Of a stretch of DNA of 64,000 nt, positions 13,858 to 24,629 are shown in pieces. A model generated the notes under the pieces. It worked only from the letters and a program-made list of their open reading frames with translations. It made no database searches and was not told where the DNA came from. The position numbers and the translations under genes are program-made. This DNA is from Octopus sinensis (taxonomy: Eukaryota). The DNA lies in contig NC_043016.1 of NCBI RefSeq assembly GCF_006345805.1, forward strand, positions 25,110,001-25,174,000, in the 5' to 3' direction. Position 1 is the stretch's first letter. Each line of letters opens with the position of its first letter.

Positions 13858-14323
13858 TAACAAAACAGATAAATGAAATTTTTTTGTATTATTTATTCTG
13901 CATTGTGTTTCATTGCTTATAAGAATGTTAAAGATTTATGTTTGATATGCATATAAGGAATTAAGTACAAAAAAATGTTTTTTCTCTGTCTAATAGGAAA
14001 TTCCTTACATGTCTATCTAACATGTAAAGAGTAGAGTTCCTAATGTGAAGCGGCATGAAATAAAGTCCCCCAGTGCAGGAATTTAAACCATATTATTATG
14101 ATCATGAATCCAGTGCCCTAACCACAAAGCCATACACATCTATATCTAACATCTAAATCTTCGTAACTCTTATAAGCAAATGAAACACATATTTTGTTAT
14201 TCAACAACTCTGCAAATAATATTTCCATAATTACTAATGTACAGCAGCAACTATGGATACATATTGATTGTAATATTGAAATATGTACTTCAAGAGGAAA
14301 CAGCTGGGATTTACCCAAACTGC

Positions 14324-14377
<54 letters not shown>

Positions 14378-14391
14378 ATGTGTATATATAT

Positions 14392-15115
14392 ATGGATGAA
14401 GATAGTTGTGTGAAAAAGTGCCACACCCTAGCGGTTGAGGGAACCTGTGAAAGAGGTAGACCCAGGAAAGCCTGGGACGAGGTGGTGAAGAACGACCTTC
14501 GGACTTTAGGTCTCACTGAGGAAATGACCAGAGATCGAGACCTTTGGAAGTATGCTGTGCGTGGGAAGACCCGGCAGGACAAGTGAGACCATAACCCGTG
14601 GCCTCTACCTGGGACGTAGCCAGCCCACTTATGCATACCTTTCCTTCTTTTGTGACACAAACCCTACTTGTGAAGACCTGTTGAGGCAAGTGAAAATCGA
14701 AATTGAAATCTTTCAACATCAATGGAAATTGTAGCTGAGATACCAGTGCCAGTGGCACGTAAGAGAACCATCTGAACATGGCCGTTGCCAGCACTGCCCC
14801 GACTGGCCTTCGTGCTGGTGGCACGGAAAAAGCAGTATCCGATTGTGGCCATTGCCAGCCTCGTCTGGCCCCCGTGCCGGTGGCACGTAAAAAGCACCAT
14901 CCGATCGTGGCTGTTTGCCAGCCTCATCTGGCACCTGTGCAGGTGGCATATAAAAAGCACCCACTACACTCTCAGAGTGGTTGGTGTTAGGAAGGGCATC
15001 CAGCTGTAGAAACACTGCCAGATCAGATTGATCCTGGCACAGCCTTCTGGCTTCCCAGACCGCAGTTGAACCGTCCAACCCATGCTAGCATAGAAAACAG
15101 ACGTTAAACAATGAT
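14392..15115 (+). mobile_element. RTE LINE 3' end with tandem-repeat 3' UTR
   Basis: MDEDSCVKKCHTLAVEGTCERGRPRKAWDEVVKNDLRTLGLTEEMTRDRDLWKYAV is a typical RTE C-terminus. It is followed by ~60-bp GGTGGCACGTAAAAAGCACC units and an (ATG)n tail. Confidence 0.9.
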
Positions 15116-15116
15116 G

Positions 15117-15162
<46 letters not shown>

Positions 15163-15283
15163 TATATATAAAATATATATATATATATATATAGGGAGAG
15201 TTTACAAAAAAAACAAAAGATGAAGACAGGTGGTGTACAAAACAAACAGATGTATCTGTATAATGCTCTGGAATAGAAAAAGT

Positions 15284-15319
15284 CTTTTACGTTTTGGGCC
15301 TATGCTCTTCTACAGAAAG
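15284..15319 (-). ncRNA. Degenerate minimal hammerhead (Penelope pLTR-type)
   Basis: Minus strand CTTT-CTGTAGA-A-GAGC ATAG GCCC-AAAACGT-A-AAAG; core mutated (A6U, G12A). Part of a repeat also present at 21045-21230. Confidence 0.5.
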
Positions 15320-15635
15320 GGACACAGAAAAAACAAGGAGAGAAAAAATGTGTGTAGTGGCTATGTATACATGTATGTATATAATATATATATATATAGG
15401 TATGTATGTCTGAATGTATGCAGCTCTAAATAATAGCTCATTATACATTGGATAAAAGACTCCTTAGGAGAGGAAAAAAGTAGACAGCCACTTGCAGAAT
15501 AGTGACATTTTCATTTGAGATAACCTGTAAAGGAGACTTTCTTTGATATATCTCAAGAGAAAGAGAAAGAAAGAAATGTTAACAATGTGAAGAGGGGAAT
15601 TACAAGGTTAAAAAGTTGATTTTAACAAATATAGA

Positions 15636-15740
15636 GAAGAGAGAGAGGGGGGAGAAGGAGAGAGAGAGGGGGAGAAGGAGAGAGAGGGGAGATAGGGGGA
15701 GAGAGAAGGAGAGAGGGAGAAAGAAAGAGAGGGAATGAGG

Positions 15741-15812
<72 letters not shown>
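15636..15812. repeat. (GA)n / GA-rich polypurine tract
   Basis: Directly visible. Confidence 0.95.
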
Positions 15813-15815
<3 letters not shown>

Positions 15816-16291
15816 TGTGTGTGGCTAGCAGAAGGAAATTTTAAAATAATATTTTATTGTGACTGGAAGTGAAAAAACTTAGCAAAATAGCCATGGATAT
15901 TATTTTTTTAATTTGCAATGGAATTAAAACAAATCATCATCATCATTATCATCATCATCAATTAACATCCATCTTCCATACATGTATGAGTAGGACAGTT
16001 GACAGGAGTTGGGCAGATAGAAGACTACCCCAGGATACTGTGTCTGTTTTAGTAGGATTTTTACGGCTGGATGCCCTTCTTAACACCAACTACTCTACAG
16101 AGTAGACTCAGTGCTTTTTACATGCTCTAATACAGGCAAGGTTACTTTTGGTATGATTTTTATGTCTGGATGCCCTTCCAAATGCCAACCACTTTACAGT
16201 ATGGACTGGATGCTTTCTACATGACACCAGTACCATATAAATAAAACCATTTCACATATTGTTTTGTACACACTAATTGTATATAATGAAT

Positions 16292-16487
16292 AAAAAGTTT
16301 TGAATGGTACAACAATGCACTATAATATAGACAATGGACCATTAGAAAACCGATTACAGTAGCAACTCCATCTAAGAATATCTGAAAAAGGAATTTTATT
16401 CCGAAATATCAGCAGACTAAATTACAACAGGTATATAGCCCATTGTCTGTATTATAGCACATTGGTGTACCATTCAAAACTTTTTTT
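16292..16487. mobile_element. MITE with ~47-bp TIRs
   Basis: AAAAGTTTTGAATGGTACAACAATGCACTATAATATAGACAATGG vs CCATTGTCTGTATTATAGCACATTGGTGTACCATTCAAAACTTTT. Confidence 0.8.
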
Positions 16488-16500
16488 TCTTTACAAACAA

Positions 16501-17221
16501 TACAGTGATCTCTCGCTACTTCACGGTTCAACTATCACAGATTCACAACTTCACGGATTTTAAAAATATATATATATGAACATCTGAAATTTTTCATTAA
16601 ATCCAAAGAAGAAGAAATGCAGCAAGAAACAGAAGTTGTCGACCAAACTGGCTTGACTTTGGAATGGCTGGCCAAGCTCTGCAACCTGGCCAAAGAATTG
16701 AAAGAAGGGTCACAGGAATGAGACGACGATATGGTTCATTCTGTGCAATTTTGCAACAAGGTCGACAAAGTCATGAATCCCTACAAGATGCTCTTTGAAC
16801 AGAAAAAGAAGTAGTGGCAGCAACTTCTTATCACAATGTTCTTGCAGCCTCGCAAAAAAGAGCCAGCTCCTGCTGCTACTACTATGGCTGCACCTTTGGA
16901 AGTGGAAGAGGTGTCCCAGGAAAGGGCACCACCGTCAGCTTCATCATCATTTCTACTGCACAGCAAATTCATCACCATCATCGTTCAAATTTTACTTCAA
17001 TTTCTTTCGTGTTGAGTACAGTAACAATATTTAAAAAATCTAAAGTGTTATTGCTTAACAGTTGTCATAATGCGTGGGTTGTTAACAGTACAGGGAGGGT
17101 TTTAAAAGTCCAAATACATGTTAAATAAATACTGTAAATATGGTGTCCCTACTTCATGGAAATTCAGTTACCACGGCCAGTCTTGGAACCAATCTACCAT
17201 GATAAACAAGGGATCACTGTA
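16501..17221 (+). mobile_element. Internally deleted Tigger/pogo-like DNA transposon
   Basis: TACAGTGATC...GATCACTGTA termini (TA TSD); remnant acidic C-terminal transposase region (EEEMQQETEVVDQTGLTLEWLAKLCNLAKEL). Confidence 0.8.
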
Positions 17222-17564
17222 CACAATGCTTCAAGTGAACTGCAATACTCTCCTTGTATATAATGTATATTATGATAAAATATTACATAATAAGGAATGT
17301 GCAATTATATATTGGTCTTGGAGTTTCAATAGAATCAAGTATTAACAAATGATACATGCATTAAGTATTGCATAGATTGTTATTGTATATATTTTTCACA
17401 GGCAACAACAAGATTTATATGCAATAAAAATATGCAAATCATCCTTTATTTCTTAAATAGATTCCCCTAATTTTTTTTTGGGGGGGGGGGGTTCCGCTAG
17501 TTTGGATTTAACTTCAAAACAGTATTGGTAAATTTTTCTCTTTATCATCATCACCACTTCTACT

Positions 17565-18040
17565 AATCATCATTGCTGTCATCATCATCATCATCATCCC
17601 CACCATACCACCACCTCCCCACCCCATGATTGTAGTTTGTGGTATGATGTTAGTGACATTAACGGAGGGGTTAGAGAATGTAAGTAGAGAAGATGGTGGT
17701 GGTGTGTGGTGGTGGCGGCGATGGTGGCGGTGGAGGTGGCGGTGGTGGCGGCGGTGGCGGCGGCGGTGGTGGTTGTGGTGGTGGTGGCAGTGGCGGTGGT
17801 GGTGGCGGTGGTGGTGGTGGTGTTGGTGGTGGTGGAAGCAGTGGCGACGGTGGTGGCAGCAGTGGTGAATGATAATGAAGTTGATGATGAAGATGATGAT
17901 GATGATGACAATGACCATGATGAAGATGTCGATGCTGCCCATAATGATGGTGATAATGATGACAAGAAGAGAGTGAGATATAGAGCAAGAGAGAAAGAGA
18001 GGGAGAGAGAGAAAGAGAAAAGGAAAAAAAGAGAGAGGTA
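17565..18040. repeat. Trinucleotide low-complexity block (CAT)n/(GGT,GGC)n/(GAT)n followed by GA repeats
   Basis: Directly visible; generates poly-Pro, poly-His and poly-Thr ORFs in several frames. Confidence 0.9.
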
Positions 18041-19467
18041 AAAAAAATCAATAGCACATTGCCAAATTTGTCTAATGTACAATGAGGTGCCAAAACAAGT
18101 TAACCAAAGTGCTAAATTATTCTTATAAGTTAGACATTTTCCTGATGTTTCATTTATATATCCATTTGGCTAGTAGCCAGCTCTATTAGAACTGTTTTGG
18201 TGGAAGAAAGAAAAAGGTTATGCACGTTTGTTGTTGCCATAATCATTGCTTTTGTCCTTGTTGCTGATGTTGTTGTTGCTCTTAAATGTCTTTTCTCAAC
18301 TCAGATGTAGCTGATTGATTAATTGATCTATTGATGATTTAACAGTATCTGTCTTGTCTTTGATGTTGGTCATTCTGTTCCAAGACCAGGGGCAGTTTTA
18401 ACTGTCTTGTTTAAAAGGTGATGGGGATTTGGTTGTTATGTAGAAGCTTTCTCACAGGCTGACATCACACTATCTTTAATTTTTTAGGTAGTTGAAAGCT
18501 TATTGAGGGAAATTTGACTACTACATTCACCTGGTCAAGTGACTGACAACTGAGGAGCCACTATGTTGACTCATGTGCCTTCCCCTCCACTCTAATTTAA
18601 AAGCAGTATAGAATTTATTGAAAAAGATTTTGTTCACCATCACTACTAAACAACCAGAGTTTATGTGTTAACATTCCCAGAACTTAGTTCAGGAAAAAGA
18701 GAACAATAGAAAAAGGCCTGGCTTGAAAAAAAAAGTGCTGGGGTCAATTCATTCAATTAAAAATTCTTCAAGGCATTACCCCATCATGGCTGCAGGCTAA
18801 ATACTGAAGAAAATAAAAGATAAAAAATTAAAAATGCAAATAAATTATGCAGTTTAAAATGAGTCGGTGATAAGGAAGCTCTCTCAGTGGTTCATGTGAT
18901 CCATTATCTAAGATGATAGGATGTTTGTTGACTTAGATTTGGCTATTATATAGATTCAACCTAATTCAGGTGATTCTTGTTCTAAAGAAAATAATGGTTT
19001 ATTGGTTTAGAAATTTAGTAACAACATTGAGTAGACCAAGTAACTATACAGAATCACAGGGCCTAAATTTCAAAATTTGTCAAAGAAGATATTTAGCTGC
19101 TACACAGTTGGTTAAAGGATGATGTAGTAAAAATATTTGCTTTGTATTTCAAGAGACTGACAGCTTGCCAAGTCAATAAACTGTTGTCCACGTGGGCGAA
19201 ATGTCGGCCTTTGAAACACATTAATAGCAATATATATTCAGCATCGCATAGTACTGCATCACTATTGAGAGATATTGGATAATGTTTTCAAAGGTAATTA
19301 TTAAAAAATTTTACACAAAGAACTGTATGTGTGTGTGTATATATATATGTTCCTGGTTCATTGTAACGTTGGTTATCTCCCTTGTTTTTTCCTCTCTGTC
19401 TTCTTCCTTATGAGTGCTCCCTGTTCAAATGTCATCAGCATTAAAAGCAACTGACAAACGGTCTTGT

Positions 19468-19650
19468 TCTCAGCTTGAAAAATGCTGAAATATGTTAATG
19501 TTTCAGTTACGAAACCTAGGTAGCTGCATTTCACAGGGCTTTCATTATAACATTTTATATATATGTTAATGCCTCATTTATACCTGCCTTTATGGCTTAT
19601 AGGTTAAATGAGGCATGACTGCCCTTACTGCCGAAACAGCTGTCAGATAT
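19468..19650 (+). ncRNA. Two degenerate minimal hammerhead relics
   Basis: CAGC-TTGAAAA...CTGAAA..TTTCAG TTAC-GAAACCTAGGT-A-GCTG and ...GGCA..TGCC-GAAACAGCTGT-C-AGATAT. Both have a palindromic helix III (ACCTAGGT, ACAGCTGT) but corrupted CUGANGA boxes. Confidence 0.45.
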
Positions 19651-19872
19651 AATATAATTACATATTATATTTTATATTTTATATTCCTATTTCCTTGTCT
19701 ATTATATTTACTATATATTTTGTATAATGCCTTTACTGATATGTAATGGTGTGTAATAAGTATTGATTGGGTATCATCTGATAGTTGATGTTTTATTGAT
19801 TTAAGTATGTTTCTCCATTTTCTAATTTTGTAGTATATATATATATATTATTTATATGCAGTTAAGTATATG

Positions 19873-19931
19873 TTTGGTCATATGTTTCCCAGCCATGGAG
19901 CTTAGTCCAATGGATGACACATCAGACTTTG
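19873..19931 (-). ncRNA. Hammerhead copy 1 of cluster (degenerate)
   Basis: Minus strand AAGT-CTGATGT-GTCATCCATTGGA..TCCATGGCTGG-GAAAC ATATG ACC; inverted homolog of 19980-20039. Confidence 0.5.
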
Positions 19932-19979
19932 AAGCCAGAGGCATATAATTATATGAAAAATTATATACCTTCGGCTTTG

Positions 19980-20039
19980 GAGTCTGATGAGTCATCCGTG
20001 GAGCTAAACCCTTTATGGATGCAAAACCATTGGTCACTC
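19980..20039 (+). ncRNA. Type I hammerhead, copy 2 of cluster (G12A)
   Basis: GAGT-CTGATGA-G(T)CATCCGTGGAG..CTTTATGGATGC-AAAAC CATTG GTC-ACTC. Helix I, the CUGAUGA box, helix II and the GUC site are present; GAAA is mutated to AAAA. Confidence 0.7.
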
Positions 20040-20144
20040 TATGACAGGACATATACTGAACTACTTATAAATACATTACTTTAGAGTGTGCTTCTTTTTT
20101 GGATATATGATAGACTGACGATATATATATATATAGATATATAT

Positions 20145-20189
<45 letters not shown>

Positions 20190-20229
20190 TATATACATAC
20201 ATTAAAGTAATAAAGTTAATGTCTGGTCA

Positions 20230-20293
20230 TAGAGTGATCAATGGTTTCGCATCCATGAAAGATGTAGCTTTGTGGACAACTCATCAGATTCTA
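20230..20293 (-). ncRNA. Type I hammerhead, copy 3 of cluster
   Basis: Minus strand TAGAAT-CTGATGA-GTTGTCCACAAAG..CTTTCATGGATGC-GAAAC CATTG ATC-ACTCTA. Both core boxes are intact; mismatches in helices I and III (AUC site). Confidence 0.7.
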
Positions 20294-20299
20294 GTCCGA

Positions 20300-20960
20300 A
20301 GACAAATTTAACTCTTCACCTCTTGGAGGTGGAAAGTTGTTATGGTCAATGGTCAAAAAATCATCAGAGAATAAAAGGTCCAGTGATAGTGAGGATGTGT
20401 TATCTCCCCCAGACCAGCTATTTGGAGATGGGGAATAAGGGACCTATCCCATGGTGTGTTAATGGATTGCAAGGACTCTTCGGGGCTTGGTCAGTGAACA
20501 GGGAATTCCATGTTTGCAGCAGGTAGCACTTGAAATGGATACATGGTGTGAAGATTTCTTGGCAAGTACTCAGTAACCCAGGTCTCAGGGAGCCTTTGAG
20601 TATCTTAGCTCCTGTTGGTGTAGGGGCCCAGTCATTCTAAGCTCTTCCACTTGATATTGTATGGGGTCTCTTGATCTTTGAGATGCAGCACGTGGCTGGC
20701 CAGGGATGTGACAAATCATCTTTCTGGGACCCTGAAGGAGGACTTGTGGTTGTAAAAGTGTCATTTGAATGCTGTACTGGCTGATCCAATATATTTTCAG
20801 GCTTGGGTGTTGGCTGTGTTCATATTACTCATGCATCTCTGGTTGGCTCTGAGCCTGGATGTCACTACCTACTGTGGTTACTAGGCCTGGGTGTCACCAC
20901 AGCTTCATAGATGACTCCCTCAGCCTCACACTGGACAGTCATCGTACACACTACAAGAGC
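20300..20960 (-). mobile_element. Penelope-like element, GIY-YIG endonuclease remnant
   Basis: Manual minus-strand translation: CSCSVYDDCPV..CEAEGVIYEAVVT...KYIGSASTAFK*HFYNHKSSFRVPER*FVTSLASHVLHLKDQETPYNIKWK. This fits the CxC..CP..VIY..YIG..FK.R..NH..SF..LS.H.W.LKD..Y.IKW pattern of Penelope endonucleases. Confidence 0.85.
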
Positions 20961-20986
20961 AGCCTGCCTCTTCCCGTGTGTGTATG

Positions 20987-21042
<56 letters not shown>

Positions 21043-21044
21043 TA

Positions 21045-21230
21045 ACGGGAAGCTTTATGAAAATAGACAAAAGACGAAGGCAGGTTTACGGAAATAAACA
21101 AAAGATGAAGGCAGGTGGAATACAAACAAACAATTGTATTAGTATGGCGCTCAGGAAATATAAATAAAACAAGTCTTTAATGTTTCGAGCCTACGCTCTT
21201 CAACAGAAAGATACATAGAGAAAAAACACA
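21045..21230 (-). mobile_element. Non-autonomous Penelope pLTR-like repeat with minimal HHR (21175-21210)
   Basis: Minus strand CTTT-CTGTTGA-A-GAGC GTAG GCTC-GAAACAT-T-AAAG; homologous to 15196-15330; follows a (TA)n tract. Confidence 0.6.
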
Positions 21231-21970
21231 GAAAGAAGGAGAGAAAAAAAATATGCGTGCAGAGGCTAGCGAATCAACATGGCGATCTGATTTCGGCCAG
21301 AAGTCAAAGATCAAACGTGAGACGCAAGAGCGAAATTAGGGGAGATAATAGGGATAATAGAGTGTGTATGTGTATGAGAAGAGTGTGTGTGTGTGTATGA
21401 GAGAGTATTAGTGCGTATGAGAGGTCTGGACGTGTGTATGTATATATGATGTGATGTGTAAAGTCGTATGGTGTAGTGTAGAGAGAGGAGATGGACAGAG
21501 GAGATGAGGGAAGAGGGGGAGGTAAGGGGGGAGAGATGAGGGTGAGGGGGGAGAAAAAAGATGCACTCCCTGCATTATGAGATCTAATCTCACAATGCAG
21601 GGAAACAGTTGCATAATCAAGTACCTGCACACCTGAGAACTATGTTGTGCAGAAACAATTGTAGTGATTAAAAGATAAATGTCTAACTCCAACTCCAATT
21701 TTTTCAAGAGTTTGTGTGTGTGTATTATTCTTTTATTCTTTTACACTTTTCTGTCATTTGACTGCAGCCATGCTGAAGCACTACCTTAAAGGGTTTTAGT
21801 CGAAGAAATTGACCCCAGGACTTATTATTTGTCAGCCTGGTACTTATTTTATCAGTCTCTTTTTTGCAAAACTGTTAAGTTACATGGACGTAAACATACC
21901 AACATTGGTTGTAAAGTAATGGTGGGGGGACAAACACAGACACAAAGACATACACACACAAATATAAATA

Positions 21971-23413
21971 TACACTGAACCACAAAAGAAATGCAAGACA
22001 TGTGTGACTGTGAAATATGTTTAAATTTCATTATGTCAGAGATAAATTTTGATAAATCTGATAAAGTCAATTTCGTGGATGCACTTTGATCACAGTCTAT
22101 AGGTCGTTGTCATGTGTTCTTGTTGTGGGCAGGTCCAGCACATTGAAATTGTAGTGTGTGACATGTTCAATTCCATGTATACCCTCCCTGGATGTTTGAA
22201 ACGGCCAAACACCATTAGTACATGGAGTGCATGAGGTAGTCCACAAAACCCATTGGCACCCATGCCCACACCCTGAGGAAAGCTGCCTCCAGTTCCACAC
22301 GAGTTGTCGGCCTTGGATATCATCCAACAGGTACTCAATTGGGTTCAAATCTGGGCTGAGAGCTGCCCACAGCTTGGTTCTGATGTTGTGCTGACGTAGG
22401 AAGTCCATGGTGACCCTGGCCGTGTGGGAGGGAGCATTGCCCTGCTGGAACACGTGGCTATGGTGATGTAATGCTACACTGTGATACCATTCCCTCTGCC
22501 AGCACCAACATTTTGGAACACACGGGGCTCATTTCTCTAATTCAGGCTTATAGCACCCCAAACCATGATACTTTTGCCACCCCACGTGTCTCTGTCCATG
22601 ATACATGCATCTCTGTAGCATTCACCCCTCCTACACCACACCCTCACTCTGCCATCTGAGGTGGAAACACAGTACCAGTTCTCGTTGGAGAAGACTATCG
22701 ACCTCCATTGTTGATGCCACCAATGTAGGTGCTGTGTAGCCCACTGTAGTTGTGCCTGATGGTGGCAGGTGGTGAGGACATGCCCTCGAGCAGGACAAAG
22801 GCAATGCAGGTTGTTGGCGGCCAGTCAACATTGTATTGTCACTGATGGGTCGCTGTCCAGTGCCAACAGTGTTGCTAGCTATCATGCTGGTCAGTCTCAA
22901 GTGATCATGGAGGTGTTGCAGGTGGATGAAGCAGTCCTGCTTGGGCGTGGTCACCCAGGGGGTGCCCTCTTTGGGCACAGTATGCAGTGCTGTTTGTGTT
23001 GTTGTATTGCTGTTGCAGGCGGTAGATGGTGCTGACATAGACACTGTAAGCTTTTGCAACAACCAGAGCACACTGCCCTGCTTGCAATCAGCCAATAGCT
23101 TGTTCTCTCTGTGCTGCTGAAAATTGGATCATACCTGATGCATCCAAATCACGAATGCCAGGAACATGGTCCAGGTTGAATTTTGTACCCATAACCTCCA
23201 CAAGATGCACATGTATTTCAGTTTTCATAACCCACAGCATTCAATGCAGCTGCATTTTGGTATCTCGTTTCAGGGTAAGTTGAAAGGTTACCTGTAATTT
23301 GGGTCTCAGCCATAAACCAGCATATCTTGGAATATTTACACTAACAGCCCCGAAATAAATTTTCAGAATTTACCATATAAAAATGTAAAATGTTTCTTTT
23401 GTGGTTCAATGTA
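21971..23413 (-). mobile_element. Tc1 DNA transposon, full-length but degenerate
   Basis: TIRs TACACTGAACCACAAAAGAAATG / TTTCTTTTGTGGTTCAATGTA; transposase motif FQQGNAPSHTARVTMDFL...WAALSPDLNPIEYL. Confidence 0.92.
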
Positions 23414-23517
23414 CAACAGGTTTCTTTCAGTTTCTGTCTACCAAATCTACTCACAAGACTTTGCTTGGCCAGAACCATGTGGTTGGGAAGCAAGCTTCTT
23501 ACCACACATCCACATCT

Positions 23518-23548
<31 letters not shown>

Positions 23549-23613
23549 GGGGGAATAGAGAAAGCGAGACAGACAGACAGACACGCACGCGCGCACACAC
23601 ACACACACACACA

Positions 23614-23644
<31 letters not shown>

Positions 23645-24629
23645 GAGAGAGAGGAATAGATAGATACTTTAAAAACATTGTGTTTACATGTATTTTTGGT
23701 TATATTAATAAAAAAAACTGTTGTTCTTATAGAACTTACATATGCCCAAGAGAGAATACTAGAACTATTATACCACTGATTAAAAAAAGATATCTAGTGT
23801 AGCTACTTGGCAATGTAATTTGTGAAAATATCTCTTTTGAATCATCGTATTCAAGCAAGCAAGAAAAAGAAAAAGAAATCCTACGAAAGGATGAAACATA
23901 TATTCGAGCAGACTCCACTTTATTATATAATTTATATCCTACAGAGTGAACTTCCAGCTAAATATACAATATATATGCTATTACAAAACTCCTTTATGAT
24001 GTTTGATTATATGTAAATAGAGAATAGATTGAATTATAAACAATACCAAATTAATTTTTTATATTCTGACTTTATTTTCCGAATTTATGAATATTGTACT
24101 AATATTTAATGTTTGTTCATGCAAAACATGGAAGTACACAAAATATTGGACTTGACAATACAAGTGTAAAAAAATATACATTTTCATAGGATTTTGAACT
24201 TTGAACTCTTTTTTATTTTTCAGTGATGGCTGCACCCTCCCCTCTTTTCTTATTTTTTCCATCCTATTTACTAAAATTGACATCTTTGAAAGGTCACCAG
24301 GCCTTGTGAGAAAATGCGTTTGTTTACAAATATGTTGATAGGTATACAATGGAAAGAAAAAAAGAAAAGAAAGCTCTCTTTCTGTCTTTCTATCTATCTA
24401 TCTATCTTTCTATCCTTTCCCCATCCTTTATTATTTTTTCTCTTTCTTGATTGTCCTGAAACCTCTCTCTGTCTATTCTCCCCACCTTTGCTTTTCTTTC
24501 TCTCTCTCCCTCTTTTTCCCAAAAAACAAAAACAATATTCTCCTCTTCTAAACAAAGCAAAATACATCAGATTCATATAAATGAACAATGACATATTATG
24601 TTTTTACCATTTCAATTTTGATTTTGTCT

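Noticed and set aside
12469-13922. Long ORFs (457, 439, 262 aa) of HTYI/MYVC repeats, and similar YIYI ORFs elsewhere
   Set aside because: They are translations of stop-free (CATA)n and (TA)n microsatellites, open in many frames on both strands.
17514-18093. Poly-Pro, poly-His and poly-Thr ORFs
   Set aside because: Trinucleotide repeat artefacts; no splice signals or domain content.
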